64,000 bases of DNA from a virus: the IMG/VR virus record IMGVR_UViG_3300007516_000001; one strand, given 5' to 3'. Of the stretch, positions 14,482 to 24,075 are shown one piece after another. Positions within the stretch are counted from its first letter, which is position 1, and every line of letters begins with the position of its first letter. The notes below the pieces were generated by a model that made no database searches, was not told where the DNA came from, and worked only from the letters and a program-made list of their open reading frames with translations. Position numbers and translations under genes: made by a program.

Positions 14482-14908
14482 AATTATTGATGCCATGATG
14501 GCCCAAGATTTAAAGTACCCTTTAAACTTTGGAGATGCCACTGCCCTTGTTAACCGTTTGGATTCTGATAGAAGTCCCCACATGAAAACCCGCCTTGTGT
14601 TTACAGAGCATCAACATAACCACGTGTTGGCTACCATCTATCGAATGCCCCCGGATTTAGTTCCCCTCCTAATCGACAGCCCCGTACAATTCAATGCCTT
14701 CTGGTATGAACGGATGCAGAACCTGGGCAAACAGATAAGCCATGACTTCCCGGGTTTAATCTTTGCAGTGTATGTGACTATACCCAATCAAGGGGGTAGA
14801 ACCCAGTATATTTCCAATGGAGAACGTCAGGATATGATAAACCTTATGAAAGAAATGCTAGAGCGCTTTCAGAAGGATACCCCAGGACCCCCCTCAGACC
14901 TATTCTAA
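14468..14908 (+). CDS. hypothetical protein
   Basis: 146 aa ORF with an overlapping start. Confidence 0.7.
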   Translation: MTIPEIIDAMMAQDLKYPLNFGDATALVNRLDSDRSPHMKTRLVFTEHQHNHVLATIYRMPPDLVPLLIDSPVQFNAFWYERMQNLGKQISHDFPGLIFAVYVTIPNQGGRTQYISNGERQDMINLMKEMLERFQKDTPGPPSDLF

Positions 14909-14925
14909 TAACTAAAACATAACCC

Positions 14926-15228
14926 ATGAACCAAGGAAAACTGAATGCTATGATTTTAGCTATGCTGCCCGACCTTAATTCCGGCAATAAAGTTTATGTT
15001 ATAGGTTGTAAAGACCCCATAGATATAACCAACCGTTTAAAAGAAAAAGGTATTGAAGTTTCATGGAAACCCATATTTGCATCACGTCCCTTAAAACCCG
15101 TTTATAACTTGCATAGCCTTGAAGGAGAGATACTAACTTTTGAAGGGGGTAGTAAGATTCAAACAGGATTTATGTTCTACTGTTCTCCCAAGCCTGACCC
15201 CCTAAAAACTAATGATTCTAATAACTAA
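14926..15228 (+). CDS. hypothetical protein
   Basis: 100 aa ORF. Confidence 0.65.
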   Translation: MNQGKLNAMILAMLPDLNSGNKVYVIGCKDPIDITNRLKEKGIEVSWKPIFASRPLKPVYNLHSLEGEILTFEGGSKIQTGFMFYCSPKPDPLKTNDSNN

Positions 15229-15233
15229 AACCC

Positions 15234-15407
15234 ATGAACCAACCCAACACACTCTTAATAAGAAGGGCCTCCTATATCATAGAATGCCCCCTTTGTAAAT
15301 TTGCCGCATCCTATAAGACCGATGATGAATGGCGAAAAACTAAAGTCTGCCCCAAATGCCAAAACCCCAACCTTTCCAAATACACTACTTCAACTGAGAA
15401 ATTATGA
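15234..15407 (+). CDS. hypothetical zinc-ribbon protein (57 aa, below the ORF-track cutoff)
   Basis: MNQPNTLLIRRASYIIECPLCKF...KVCPKCQNP has CxxC-17-CxxC. The stop overlaps the next start (ATGA at 15404). Confidence 0.6.
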   Translation: MNQPNTLLIRRASYIIECPLCKFAASYKTDDEWRKTKVCPKCQNPNLSKYTTSTEKL

Positions 15408-15667
15408 AAGTATATTATCAAGAGGGCCTTCGACAAAGCCCTACCACGAGAGTGGTTAAGGATTGTTATGATATCCTAGTAACGAAGGGATTAATAAAGG
15501 TTAATATCTCAAAAGAAGATTCTAAAGATTTGCTACGGCAGCTCAGGAAGATGCAGGGAATGACCAAAGTACACAAACATAAGATATCTAAAGGATATGA
15601 ACTGTGTTTTGTTGCTCCTGACAGATGGAAGCAGATAATGGGTATTAAACTTAAATCCAATGACTAA
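15404..15667 (+). CDS. hypothetical protein
   Basis: 87 aa basic ORF, translationally coupled. Confidence 0.65.
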   Translation: MKVYYQEGLRQSPTTRVVKDCYDILVTKGLIKVNISKEDSKDLLRQLRKMQGMTKVHKHKISKGYELCFVAPDRWKQIMGIKLKSND

Positions 15668-16016
15668 GAAAAAAACATTAGACCCCGGGGATTGCATATA
15701 CATCTACCGGAAGGGGGTATTAGCCGATATAGATATCGTGACTATGGTTACCCCAACCTTCGCTACTACCCTTCATAATTATAAAATGAACCGCACCCTC
15801 CAAAAAGAAGGCAAACTAAGAAAAAGCGCAATACCCTCTCAGATGTATCTTACCATGGAATACGGAGAGCCTTTGACTGAGGAGAAAGCCCAACAAGAGA
15901 GGGCTAAATTAGCAACTTCCCATAGAAGGGTTATCAAGGAGAGGCTTAAGGAGCTAGATTCTTTAACCCTTCTTAAGATAGTAGATATCATCCAAGCTAC
16001 TGCCTGGAATACATAA
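15660..16016 (+). CDS. hypothetical protein
   Basis: 118 aa ORF with an overlapping start. Confidence 0.65.
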   Translation: MTKKKTLDPGDCIYIYRKGVLADIDIVTMVTPTFATTLHNYKMNRTLQKEGKLRKSAIPSQMYLTMEYGEPLTEEKAQQERAKLATSHRRVIKERLKELDSLTLLKIVDIIQATAWNT

Positions 16017-16036
16017 CACACCCTAAATACAAGATT

Positions 16037-16068
16037 GGGGGTCCAACTGATTAAATTGGACCCCCTTT
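16037..16068. terminator. Bidirectional terminator between convergent genes
   Basis: Perfect 10-bp stem gggggtccaa / ttggaccccc with a 9-nt loop, followed by TTT. Confidence 0.8.
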
Positions 16069-16182
16069 CTCGCATAAACAGACCTCTTTCACGTGTCAAT
16101 TCATATCTATATAGTATACTCCGTATAACACCGAGTACATATTTGATTATCTATTGATTGCAAACTACCACACTCAGGACAC

Positions 16183-16593
16183 CTAACTATTGACGGCTGC
16201 TTCGGTTGCCGGGTTATCTTCTCCCTTTGGTTTGGGCTTAGATTTTTCTTCAAGGAGCTTTGAATGAAGAGTGGTAATTTCTGTCCGGTACTTTTCTGCA
16301 CCCGGCCATCCGTATTGGGCATACCAGTTTCTAAGTTGCGCATAATGGTCATGATAAGTTTCGGTTTCACGGAGATAGATTTTATCGGGTTCAATTTTAG
16401 TTCCTTTACTTATCTGGCCAGCAGAATTTGGTAAATGGGTAATGCCTTTAGCAATTATCTCTTTGCCCATAATCGTTACCGATGTTGGAATCTTTTTAGC
16501 CATCATCGGTAATTCTTTCGATATTGCTAAAAGGGCCCGACTAATTTCGGGAGTTAATTTATTAAGAGGCTTTCTACCCTTGGGTGGTTTCAT
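16183..16593 (-). CDS. hypothetical protein
   Basis: Minus-strand ORF. The preferred start is the ATG at 16593 (MKPPKGRK), 14 nt downstream of the GGCATACTATA motif (16608-16618, minus strand). The track start at 16629 would place that motif inside the gene. Confidence 0.6.
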   Translation of the reverse strand: MKPPKGRKPLNKLTPEISRALLAISKELPMMAKKIPTSVTIMGKEIIAKGITHLPNSAGQISKGTKIEPDKIYLRETETYHDHYAQLRNWYAQYGWPGAEKYRTEITTLHSKLLEEKSKPKPKGEDNPATEAAVNS

Positions 16594-16651
16594 AGATGTT
16601 TCTGTATTATAGTATGCCCGAATATGCAAGACTACCCTAATATATTCCTAT

Positions 16652-17632
16652 ATGATTATATTAGGAGTTTGTGGTGGTAATGGAGTATTTCTGCATCCAT
16701 CAAGAAAATATTTGATAGGTAATATTGAACCCCGGAGTTTATTTCATACTAAGGGGGATATGCAATGGCGTTCCAACTTTAAAACTCCTATATCAAAGGA
16801 TGATAAGCCCTTTCGAGGTACACACGTAGATATTATAATCGGAGCTCCGGATTGTGGGCATTCTTCTGTGTTCTCTTACTCACGTGCCAAGAAATTATCT
16901 GAACCTAGTAAAAATGATAGTTTAAAAACATACGTGGATTGTGTTAATGCCTTCAAACCCCATCTGTTCTTCATGGAAAACCTTGAAAAAGGCTTTGAGA
17001 GGATGCTTCTGCATGAGTTTTTTCCCGGTTATTTCTATAAAACTATTATTGGCAGTGTTTCTATATATGGAAATTCCCAAGTTACTCGAAAAAGGGCCCT
17101 ATTAATAGGGTGCAAAGTTGAGGAGCACTTAGAATACTTTAAAAACCCTAAAGGAGTACCTCTTTTTACTTCGGGTGAACTTCTAAAAGGTTGTAAAGCT
17201 GAGGATATAACCCAGGGCCACATAAGAGAGGACATCAATAACACTATTACACTCTATGGAGGCTTCAAAGATACCCTAAAGAACATTAGAAAGGGTTGGT
17301 TAGATAATCCCGATATGCACAAATGGAAAGTAGAAGGTAGAAACTTTACTACAGCCCCGGGAGTCTACATTAATAGGGCTAACCAGTTTCCAAAGACTGC
17401 AAGAAAGGCAAATAGGCAGTTTAATCATTGGGGTCTTACAATGAGTCCTCGAGAATTAGCTAAAATACAAGGAGTACCCGACACATTCAAGATATACATA
17501 GGCCTTGACCCCCTACATTCAACCTATTGGATTAATAAGGGTAGAACTTCAGTAACTAAATGTCCCCCGTACGAAATGGGGGCCTGGATTAAACGTAAAT
17601 GTAAAAAATTATGGCGAACAGAATTTCAATAA
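16652..17632 (+). CDS. DNA (cytosine-5)-methyltransferase-like protein, divergent
   Basis: Motif order is typical of C5-MTases: I LGVCGGNGVF; IV GAPDCGHSS (canonical PPCQ replaced by PDCG); VI FFMENLEK; VIII QVTRKRALLIG; IX SPRELAKIQGVPDTF. Confidence 0.65.
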   Translation: MIILGVCGGNGVFLHPSRKYLIGNIEPRSLFHTKGDMQWRSNFKTPISKDDKPFRGTHVDIIIGAPDCGHSSVFSYSRAKKLSEPSKNDSLKTYVDCVNAFKPHLFFMENLEKGFERMLLHEFFPGYFYKTIIGSVSIYGNSQVTRKRALLIGCKVEEHLEYFKNPKGVPLFTSGELLKGCKAEDITQGHIREDINNTITLYGGFKDTLKNIRKGWLDNPDMHKWKVEGRNFTTAPGVYINRANQFPKTARKANRQFNHWGLTMSPRELAKIQGVPDTFKIYIGLDPLHSTYWINKGRTSVTKCPPYEMGAWIKRKCKKLWRTEFQ

Positions 17633-18303
17633 ATACCCTTACTATGATTATATTAGGGGTTTTAATAATCCTATTGCTGCTCGATAGGTGTAATGATAGG
17701 AAAGTCCTATCTAATTTATCAGACAAGATGGAATCAATATCCATCAATGTTCCTGAGGTAATATTTAAACGTAATTCAGTTGACTCCAGCATCGTTGCTA
17801 TCCAAAAACAAATAATCTTAAACAATCAAGAAGGAAACGCACTAGGGCTTACTAATTTAAAGACTGAATTGGGGGAGTTAAAGAAGATAACGAACAGAAT
17901 AGCCCTCAGAACAGAGTATTTGATAAGTAATGTAGAGAAACCCTATGAACCAGGAACCGTTATTACAGAGCTACCTGATGGCAAATACTTAAAATTACCC
18001 TATTCTACCTCCTTTGGGGACTCCTTATATTCGGTTGGATTTACTCAAACCCTGAATGGACCCCGGTTAGATAGCTTAAGAATATGGGATAAGACCCATA
18101 TAACCCTAGGAACTTTAAAAAAGGGCTTCTTTAAAAGAAGTGAACCAACCCTCTTATTCGAGAACCAGAATAAATATATAACCGGGATTGGATTAACAAA
18201 TTATACCATTAAGTATAAGCCTGCATGGTATGAAACAAGATTATTCAACATGGCTGCAGGAGCCTTTCTTTTATTCGGAGCACAACAAATAACTAAACCA
18301 TGA
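17611..18303 (+). CDS. membrane protein, possible lysis accessory protein
   Basis: 230 aa ORF with hydrophobic helices at the N-terminus (LTMIILGVLIILLLL) and C-terminus (LFNMAAGAFLLFGA). Sits immediately upstream of the endolysin. Confidence 0.35.
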   Translation: MANRISINTLTMIILGVLIILLLLDRCNDRKVLSNLSDKMESISINVPEVIFKRNSVDSSIVAIQKQIILNNQEGNALGLTNLKTELGELKKITNRIALRTEYLISNVEKPYEPGTVITELPDGKYLKLPYSTSFGDSLYSVGFTQTLNGPRLDSLRIWDKTHITLGTLKKGFFKRSEPTLLFENQNKYITGIGLTNYTIKYKPAWYETRLFNMAAGAFLLFGAQQITKP

Positions 18304-18947
18304 AATCAAAATTCAGCATCACTAAGAAATACCTTACTAATGGGCAATACCTAACGGAAAGGTTTGAAAAGACCATGATATTTCTTCATTTTACCGCAGG
18401 AGGTAGTAAAGAGAGTTCTTGGGAATGGTGGAACTCAACACCTGAGAGAATTGGAACAGCTTACCTAGTGGGTAGAGATGGTAATACACTTGAAGCATTT
18501 GACCCAAGAATGTGGGCATCTCATTTAGGAGTTAAGGGTAGAAATCAATTGGATAAAAATAGTATAGGTATAGAACTATCTAATTGGGGGCCCTTGAAAC
18601 AAGTCAATGGAAAGTATTTTGCATACCCGGGGAATTATAGTAGAACTGAAATACCTATCGAAAAGGTTCAGATTTATGATAAACCTTGGAGAGGCTTTAC
18701 TGCTTATGAAAAATTTACCGAAAATCAGATTCGGGGTTTGGTTGACTTAATTGTGCATTTGAAAACCGGAGCATTTCCTAATCTTTCAACCAAGGTTCAA
18801 GATGGTTTTGAAAACTATAATGGGCTCTTGGTATCAAAGAACATGAAGGGAATATGGAGCCATTCATCGGTAAGGAAAGATAAGATGGATATACACCCTC
18901 AACCTAATCTACTAGAAGCCCTTAATACTCTTTCTTTAATACTATAG
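18300..18947 (+). CDS. N-acetylmuramoyl-L-alanine amidase endolysin (amidase_2/PGRP type)
   Basis: MIFLHFTAGGS, YLVGRDG, SIGIELSNWG and WSHSSVRKDKMDIHP follow the T7-lysozyme/PGRP amidase motif order. Confidence 0.8.
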   Translation: MKSKFSITKKYLTNGQYLTERFEKTMIFLHFTAGGSKESSWEWWNSTPERIGTAYLVGRDGNTLEAFDPRMWASHLGVKGRNQLDKNSIGIELSNWGPLKQVNGKYFAYPGNYSRTEIPIEKVQIYDKPWRGFTAYEKFTENQIRGLVDLIVHLKTGAFPNLSTKVQDGFENYNGLLVSKNMKGIWSHSSVRKDKMDIHPQPNLLEALNTLSLIL

Positions 18948-18967
18948 TAAATATACCCCAATAATAG

Positions 18968-19005
18968 GATATGCTATTATATCTTTAGATATATAATAGC
19001 TATCC
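18968..19005. repeat. Imperfect 17-bp inverted repeat upstream of the terminase gene
   Basis: ggatatgctattatatc / gatatataatagctatcc with one bulge. Could be a terminator for the lysis genes or a packaging or regulatory site. Confidence 0.5.
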
Positions 19006-19038
19006 ATATTAGTTAATACCTAATACGCGTGCGAGAGG

Positions 19039-20568
19039 ATGGCTAAAAATAAGAAATCAGATTTATATAACCGGGTTCTAACGGCAGAGGAGTTTGCGAC
19101 TTTACAAAAAGTACAACAGAGCCCTCTTACGTTTTCCCAGTTTATAAAGGTAATACATCCAAAGAAGGGTAAAATACCCTTCAATTTGTTCCCTTACCAG
19201 AGGGCTGTCTTATATGCCTTCTTGATGTTCCGGTTTAATATCATCCTCAAATTTCGACAGGCAGGTATTACAGAACTAATATCCCTTTATTGCCTGTGGT
19301 TGGCTATGTACCACCCTTTTAAGAATATCGTAATCATATCCATCAAGGATAGGGTAGCCAAGAAGGTACTAAGGATGATTAAGTTCATGTATAATAACTT
19401 ACCTGATTACCTCAAAACACCGGTAATTAATGGCAAGGGCGATGACATAGGAACTTCTACCGAAATGGAATTTGCTAATGGTTCACTAATTACCTCTATT
19501 CCTACCACAGAAGAAGCAGGTCGTTCAGAGGCAGTATCATTACTTATTATTGATGAGGCTGCGGTAGTTAGATGGATATCCAAGATTTGGGCTGCTGCTT
19601 TTCCAACCCTATCTACCGGAGGGGCTGCAATCGTAAACTCTACTCCTTATGGTATGGGTAACTGGTATCATCAAACTTGGGTAGATGCCTGCACCGCAGC
19701 AAACAGCGTATTCAACCCAATACGCTTAAAATGGCAAATGCACCCGGAACGTGACCAACTCTGGTACGATGAAACCCGACAAGCACTTGGACCCCGAAAG
19801 ACGGCCCAGGAAATTGATGGTGACTTTCTCCAGTCAGGTAACACGGTATTTGATATGGATGATATCAAAGCAATTGAAGATTGCATACTAGGAGAAGAGG
19901 ATTACAAGCCTATATTGATGTATAAACCTCAGATGGGTTCTGGTTATATCAGAATATACCGATATGCGCTTGAAGATGAAAAATGCTTCATAGGTGCAGA
20001 TATTGCCACAGGAAGAGGTGATGACTACTCAGCCTTCTCTATAATGAATGCTGCAGGTGAAGAATTAGCCTCCTACAAAGGCAAAATAGGGTTATTCCAA
20101 TATGCGGCATTATTGGGAGAAATGGGTAAGACTTTTAATATGGCTACCATTGCACCCGAAGGAAATGATATTGGAGCAGCAGTAGTAGAGAAGCTCCAAG
20201 AACAAGGCTACCCCAATCTATACTATTCAACCCAAATCATTAAAAAGAAGGGTGAGAAAAAACCTAAGCAAAGTGAAGTTCCCGGCTGGTATACTACTAC
20301 TGCTACTAGGCCTGTGATGATTAATGAATTGGAAGATGATGTAAGGAATGATACCGTTGAAATCAAAGACCCCGAGTTTGTAAGAGAAGCCTATACGTTC
20401 ATATATGACTCTAATAATAAACCGACAGCATTAGGAAGAAACTCCGCTAGGGATGATGAGGACACGCTAGATTCTGTAATTTTCAACGACGATTCAATAA
20501 TAGCCAAAGCTATAACGAATAGAGTAAGAAAAACCAGGGTAAAGAACCCTTTAATTTTACCAAGATAA
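19039..20568 (+). CDS. terL: terminase large subunit
   Basis: 509 aa ORF. ATPase region KFRQAGITE with Walker B LLIIDEAA. C-terminal RNaseH-like nuclease signature GADIATGRGDDYSAFSIMN. Sits directly upstream of the portal gene. Confidence 0.85.
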   Translation: MAKNKKSDLYNRVLTAEEFATLQKVQQSPLTFSQFIKVIHPKKGKIPFNLFPYQRAVLYAFLMFRFNIILKFRQAGITELISLYCLWLAMYHPFKNIVIISIKDRVAKKVLRMIKFMYNNLPDYLKTPVINGKGDDIGTSTEMEFANGSLITSIPTTEEAGRSEAVSLLIIDEAAVVRWISKIWAAAFPTLSTGGAAIVNSTPYGMGNWYHQTWVDACTAANSVFNPIRLKWQMHPERDQLWYDETRQALGPRKTAQEIDGDFLQSGNTVFDMDDIKAIEDCILGEEDYKPILMYKPQMGSGYIRIYRYALEDEKCFIGADIATGRGDDYSAFSIMNAAGEELASYKGKIGLFQYAALLGEMGKTFNMATIAPEGNDIGAAVVEKLQEQGYPNLYYSTQIIKKKGEKKPKQSEVPGWYTTTATRPVMINELEDDVRNDTVEIKDPEFVREAYTFIYDSNNKPTALGRNSARDDEDTLDSVIFNDDSIIAKAITNRVRKTRVKNPLILPR

Positions 20569-22097
20569 TGATTGATAACCGAAGTTTATGGGACCGAATT
20601 TGGAATACCCCCTCCAAAGAAATCCCCCAAAAAGAAACCCTGAGAGAAGTACAGGAGCTAATTGAACCCAAGTCCACAAAACAAATCTTACCCCCGGGTA
20701 TGCCTATTCGGCAGGTATCAGAATCATCATCTTCGGGTAATGCTTATTACAACCTAACCACTTTAAAGGGTAGTGTTAACTATATAAACCCCACTTTTAA
20801 TAGGGAGTTAATACCTGTAATAAGGAAACTGGGCCAGCATCATCCCGATATATCTCAAGGAATCTCAACCTTAGTCCAACTGTGTAATACAGGCTATAAA
20901 ATCCGCTTTGACCCCCGTGTAAAAGCGCAGGATATAGATAAGATGAGAGCCCACTTAGATAGAAAGCTACTCGAATGGGGTGCAGACTTAGGAGGCGACA
21001 ATGGCTTAATTAATCGTGTATTCCGTCAGATATTTATTGCAGGTACGATAGCAGGAGAATGGGTGCCTAAGAAAGATTTAACAACCCTTACTAAATGCGC
21101 ACTCATTAAACCCGAGCAAATTTATTATGCCTATGACAAACTCCTAGAAGAATGGATGCCCTACCAACAATCTACAAGAATAGGGCTTAATAGCCAGACA
21201 ACAACTATTGAAGGTTTAATACCCTTGAATAAAAGAACCTTCCGTTACGTATCTTTAATGGGTGATGATGATTTACCTTATGGTATACCTCCAATGCTTG
21301 CAGCCCTCGATAGCTTAACGGTTCAAAAAGATATGATTGATAACCTCCGGCATATCGTTAAGCAATTGGGAATCATAGGATTTATGCAGGCCCTGCTAGA
21401 CAAACCTGACAAATTAGCAAGTGAATCAGAAGCAGTCTATAAATCCCGAATGGAGGCACTATTGACAGAAGCTGCTACTCGATTACAAGTAACCCTCAAA
21501 GATGGTATATCAGTAGGCTTTAAGGATGATGTAGAATTTGAATTTCACACCCCTACAAAATCGTCTGCTGGAGCCGATGACTTATATATTCAGAATGACT
21601 TGCGAGTATTTGCGGGTATGAAGATGGACTCATCAATGATGGGTAGAAGCTATGGAACCTCAGAGGGTCAGATAGTGGTAGTATTCAACAAGTTGCTATC
21701 GGAACTAAAAAATGCCCAAAATTGTGCTCGAATCTTTTTTGAATATGGGTTTAAATTAGAACTTGTAATGGCAGGCTTTAAATTTGAAACCCTCGAGTTA
21801 GTTTGGAACTCCTCTACGTTATCAGATGACCTCAAATTACAACAAGGCCAGGAGATAAAAATAAGGAACATTATAGCCAAGTTCAATCAGGGTATAATAG
21901 ATAATGACCAGGCGGCCGACGAGCTTGGTTATGAAGAACCTAACAAGAAGGAGCCTAGAATAATGACTGACCCTGCCGCAGGTGCCCAAAAGAAACAGAA
22001 GAGAGAGGGCGATAAAAACAAATCAGACCGTGCAGTTCGTAAAAAGAACCGACCGGGAGATAAATCACAAAAAAGTAAAGGCACAAAAAATAATTAA
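20568..22097 (+). CDS. portal protein
   Basis: 509 aa ORF immediately after terL. Size and position are typical. Lys-rich C-terminal tail. Confidence 0.7.
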   Translation: MIDNRSLWDRIWNTPSKEIPQKETLREVQELIEPKSTKQILPPGMPIRQVSESSSSGNAYYNLTTLKGSVNYINPTFNRELIPVIRKLGQHHPDISQGISTLVQLCNTGYKIRFDPRVKAQDIDKMRAHLDRKLLEWGADLGGDNGLINRVFRQIFIAGTIAGEWVPKKDLTTLTKCALIKPEQIYYAYDKLLEEWMPYQQSTRIGLNSQTTTIEGLIPLNKRTFRYVSLMGDDDLPYGIPPMLAALDSLTVQKDMIDNLRHIVKQLGIIGFMQALLDKPDKLASESEAVYKSRMEALLTEAATRLQVTLKDGISVGFKDDVEFEFHTPTKSSAGADDLYIQNDLRVFAGMKMDSSMMGRSYGTSEGQIVVVFNKLLSELKNAQNCARIFFEYGFKLELVMAGFKFETLELVWNSSTLSDDLKLQQGQEIKIRNIIAKFNQGIIDNDQAADELGYEEPNKKEPRIMTDPAAGAQKKQKREGDKNKSDRAVRKKNRPGDKSQKSKGTKNN

Positions 22098-22100
22098 CCC

Positions 22101-23546
22101 ATGAAAGAATATCTTGACACTATTACCCTGGGCTTAGAAAGAAATCTAATTCTATGCTCAGGCCTAGGAGAAGAGGGTAAGCTTTTCCCTCTTAAAGCCC
22201 TAAACGATTCAATGATAGAGGCTAAGAAATCAACTGCTTCTTTTGGCCTATTCGATAGTGCAACCCCCAATTTTTCGGGCTACTATCCTGAGGTAACTAA
22301 GCAGGACTTAGACCCCGACAAAGACAAAGAGGGTTTTGTATACCCCGTATTTAGAGCCCTATCCCAAGTAACTGTACGTAAGGATTACGACCCAGTTGAC
22401 TTTTCTGATATGGAGGTTCTGAAAAATTCCTTACCGATGATTCTTGGGTTAGCAATTTATCCTAACCATGAAATGGGTATAGGCAATGAATTAGGAGTTA
22501 TTGTCGGTGCAGAATACCAAGAAGAATATACAACAGAAGATGGTATTAAAGTACCTGGAGGTCTGAATGTAAGAATAAAACTGGATGGAAAGTCTAACCC
22601 CCATGTTGCAAGGGCTGTAATGATGAACCCACCCTCTATACATTCTTCATCCGTAACGGTTGAATTTGCATGGAGGCAATCACATTTAGATATGCCCTTT
22701 GAAGAGTTTAGAAATAAAGTAGGTACACGCGATGACAAAGGAGAGTTAATTCGTAGAGTTGCCACTAAAATCAGAAGGTACTATGAAATGTCTTTCGTAC
22801 CACATGGAGCAGACCCTTTTGCTCAACGCCTAGATAAAGATGGTAAGATAGTAAACCCTTTAATGGCCCAAAACCGGGATTCATTCTCGGAGCAATTTAA
22901 TAAAGGGGGGTACTATAATTACTCCTTTAAGGACCCAATCGTAGAATCATTAACAGAAACCCCAATAATAAATAAACCAATACTAAACACCATGAAAGAA
23001 AAATGGATGGCCCTTGCGGCCCTGATGGCAATTGCCTCTTTTGAAACTTTATCCGAAGTAGATTTAGAAGCCCAGGTAAGACAGAAGATGAGCGAAGCAA
23101 AAACAGGCTTGGCTGATTCGATTCTTTTTAAAGCTCAATTAGTAGAAAAAGATGCTGCATTAGCAACCCTAAAAGAGGTAGCTGATAAAGTGACTACTCT
23201 TGAAGCTCAAGCATTAGAATTGAAGGCATTTGAAGATGAGATACGCGGAGAAGCTATCCGTTGCTACAAGCTAGCCGAAGGAGATAAATTCAAGCCGGAA
23301 ACAGTTAAACTTCTTGAAGAGTCTAAATACACAACTCTGAAAGTTCTTGCAGAACCTTTCACGAAAGCTGCAATAGAGGCTTTCACAGGTAAGTGTAACA
23401 AATGTGGCTCAAAAGAAATCACTCTTCAAAATAGTGAATCCGGAGATGGTAATGATACACCTGTAACCAAGACCGATATAGAAATTCGCGATAGTTTCTC
23501 TGATACCCCCGGTAACAAAGACTTCTTATCTGAGAGCTGGGCATAA
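22101..23546 (+). CDS. putative prohead scaffolding/protease-like protein
   Basis: 481 aa ORF between the portal and capsid genes. The C-terminal half is Ala/Glu/Lys-rich and coiled-coil-like. No catalytic motif could be verified by eye. Confidence 0.35.
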   Translation: MKEYLDTITLGLERNLILCSGLGEEGKLFPLKALNDSMIEAKKSTASFGLFDSATPNFSGYYPEVTKQDLDPDKDKEGFVYPVFRALSQVTVRKDYDPVDFSDMEVLKNSLPMILGLAIYPNHEMGIGNELGVIVGAEYQEEYTTEDGIKVPGGLNVRIKLDGKSNPHVARAVMMNPPSIHSSSVTVEFAWRQSHLDMPFEEFRNKVGTRDDKGELIRRVATKIRRYYEMSFVPHGADPFAQRLDKDGKIVNPLMAQNRDSFSEQFNKGGYYNYSFKDPIVESLTETPIINKPILNTMKEKWMALAALMAIASFETLSEVDLEAQVRQKMSEAKTGLADSILFKAQLVEKDAALATLKEVADKVTTLEAQALELKAFEDEIRGEAIRCYKLAEGDKFKPETVKLLEESKYTTLKVLAEPFTKAAIEAFTGKCNKCGSKEITLQNSESGDGNDTPVTKTDIEIRDSFSDTPGNKDFLSESWA

Positions 23547-23613
23547 GTTGCCTGATTACAACACCCTATTTTGAATAAGTAACGAATTTTAAAACCTTAA
23601 TCTTGAAACTATT

Positions 23614-24024
23614 ATGCCAGAATCTTTAGGCTCGGAGACCAAAACACTTTTGATAAAAAGTGAGTCTCACAAAATGGCCCATGAATTTACTGCTCTTGCG
23701 GCTCTGAAAAAGACCCAATTAGTAAAGTTGAATACTGCAGGTCAAATCGTCGCTCTTGCGGCAGATAACTCAGAACATTTACATATCGGGTATGTTATCC
23801 ATGATGTAGCAGCCGGTAAAAAGGGAACCGTAGTAATGAGGGGTTATTCCATCATAAAAGGTATTTCTACTGGGAATAATGCAGGCCCAGTTATGTACAA
23901 GGGCTTCGACGCTGTCGAGAACTTAAACTCCTATGCAACTGCAACTTCACAAGATGTATGTGTAGGATGGGCTCTAGAAACAGCCATTGCGGATGAAGAA
24001 ATCTTTGTTGTTATCAAAGACTAA
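23614..24024 (+). CDS. putative head decoration/cement protein (DUF2190-like)
   Basis: 136 aa ORF just upstream of the major capsid gene. The Gly/Val-rich beta pattern resembles DUF2190 proteins. Confidence 0.35.
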   Translation: MPESLGSETKTLLIKSESHKMAHEFTALAALKKTQLVKLNTAGQIVALAADNSEHLHIGYVIHDVAAGKKGTVVMRGYSIIKGISTGNNAGPVMYKGFDAVENLNSYATATSQDVCVGWALETAIADEEIFVVIKD

Positions 24025-24075
24025 TCAGAACCCAAAAAACCTATAAATAATTGTTCAACCCCAAATAACCCTCAA

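Noticed and set aside
16107-16394. Annotating the 95-aa minus-strand ORF as an independent full-length gene
   Set aside because: About 210 nt of it overlaps the better-supported 16183-16593 frame. Only the terminal zinc-ribbon part is distinctive, so it is reported as a finding rather than as a feature.
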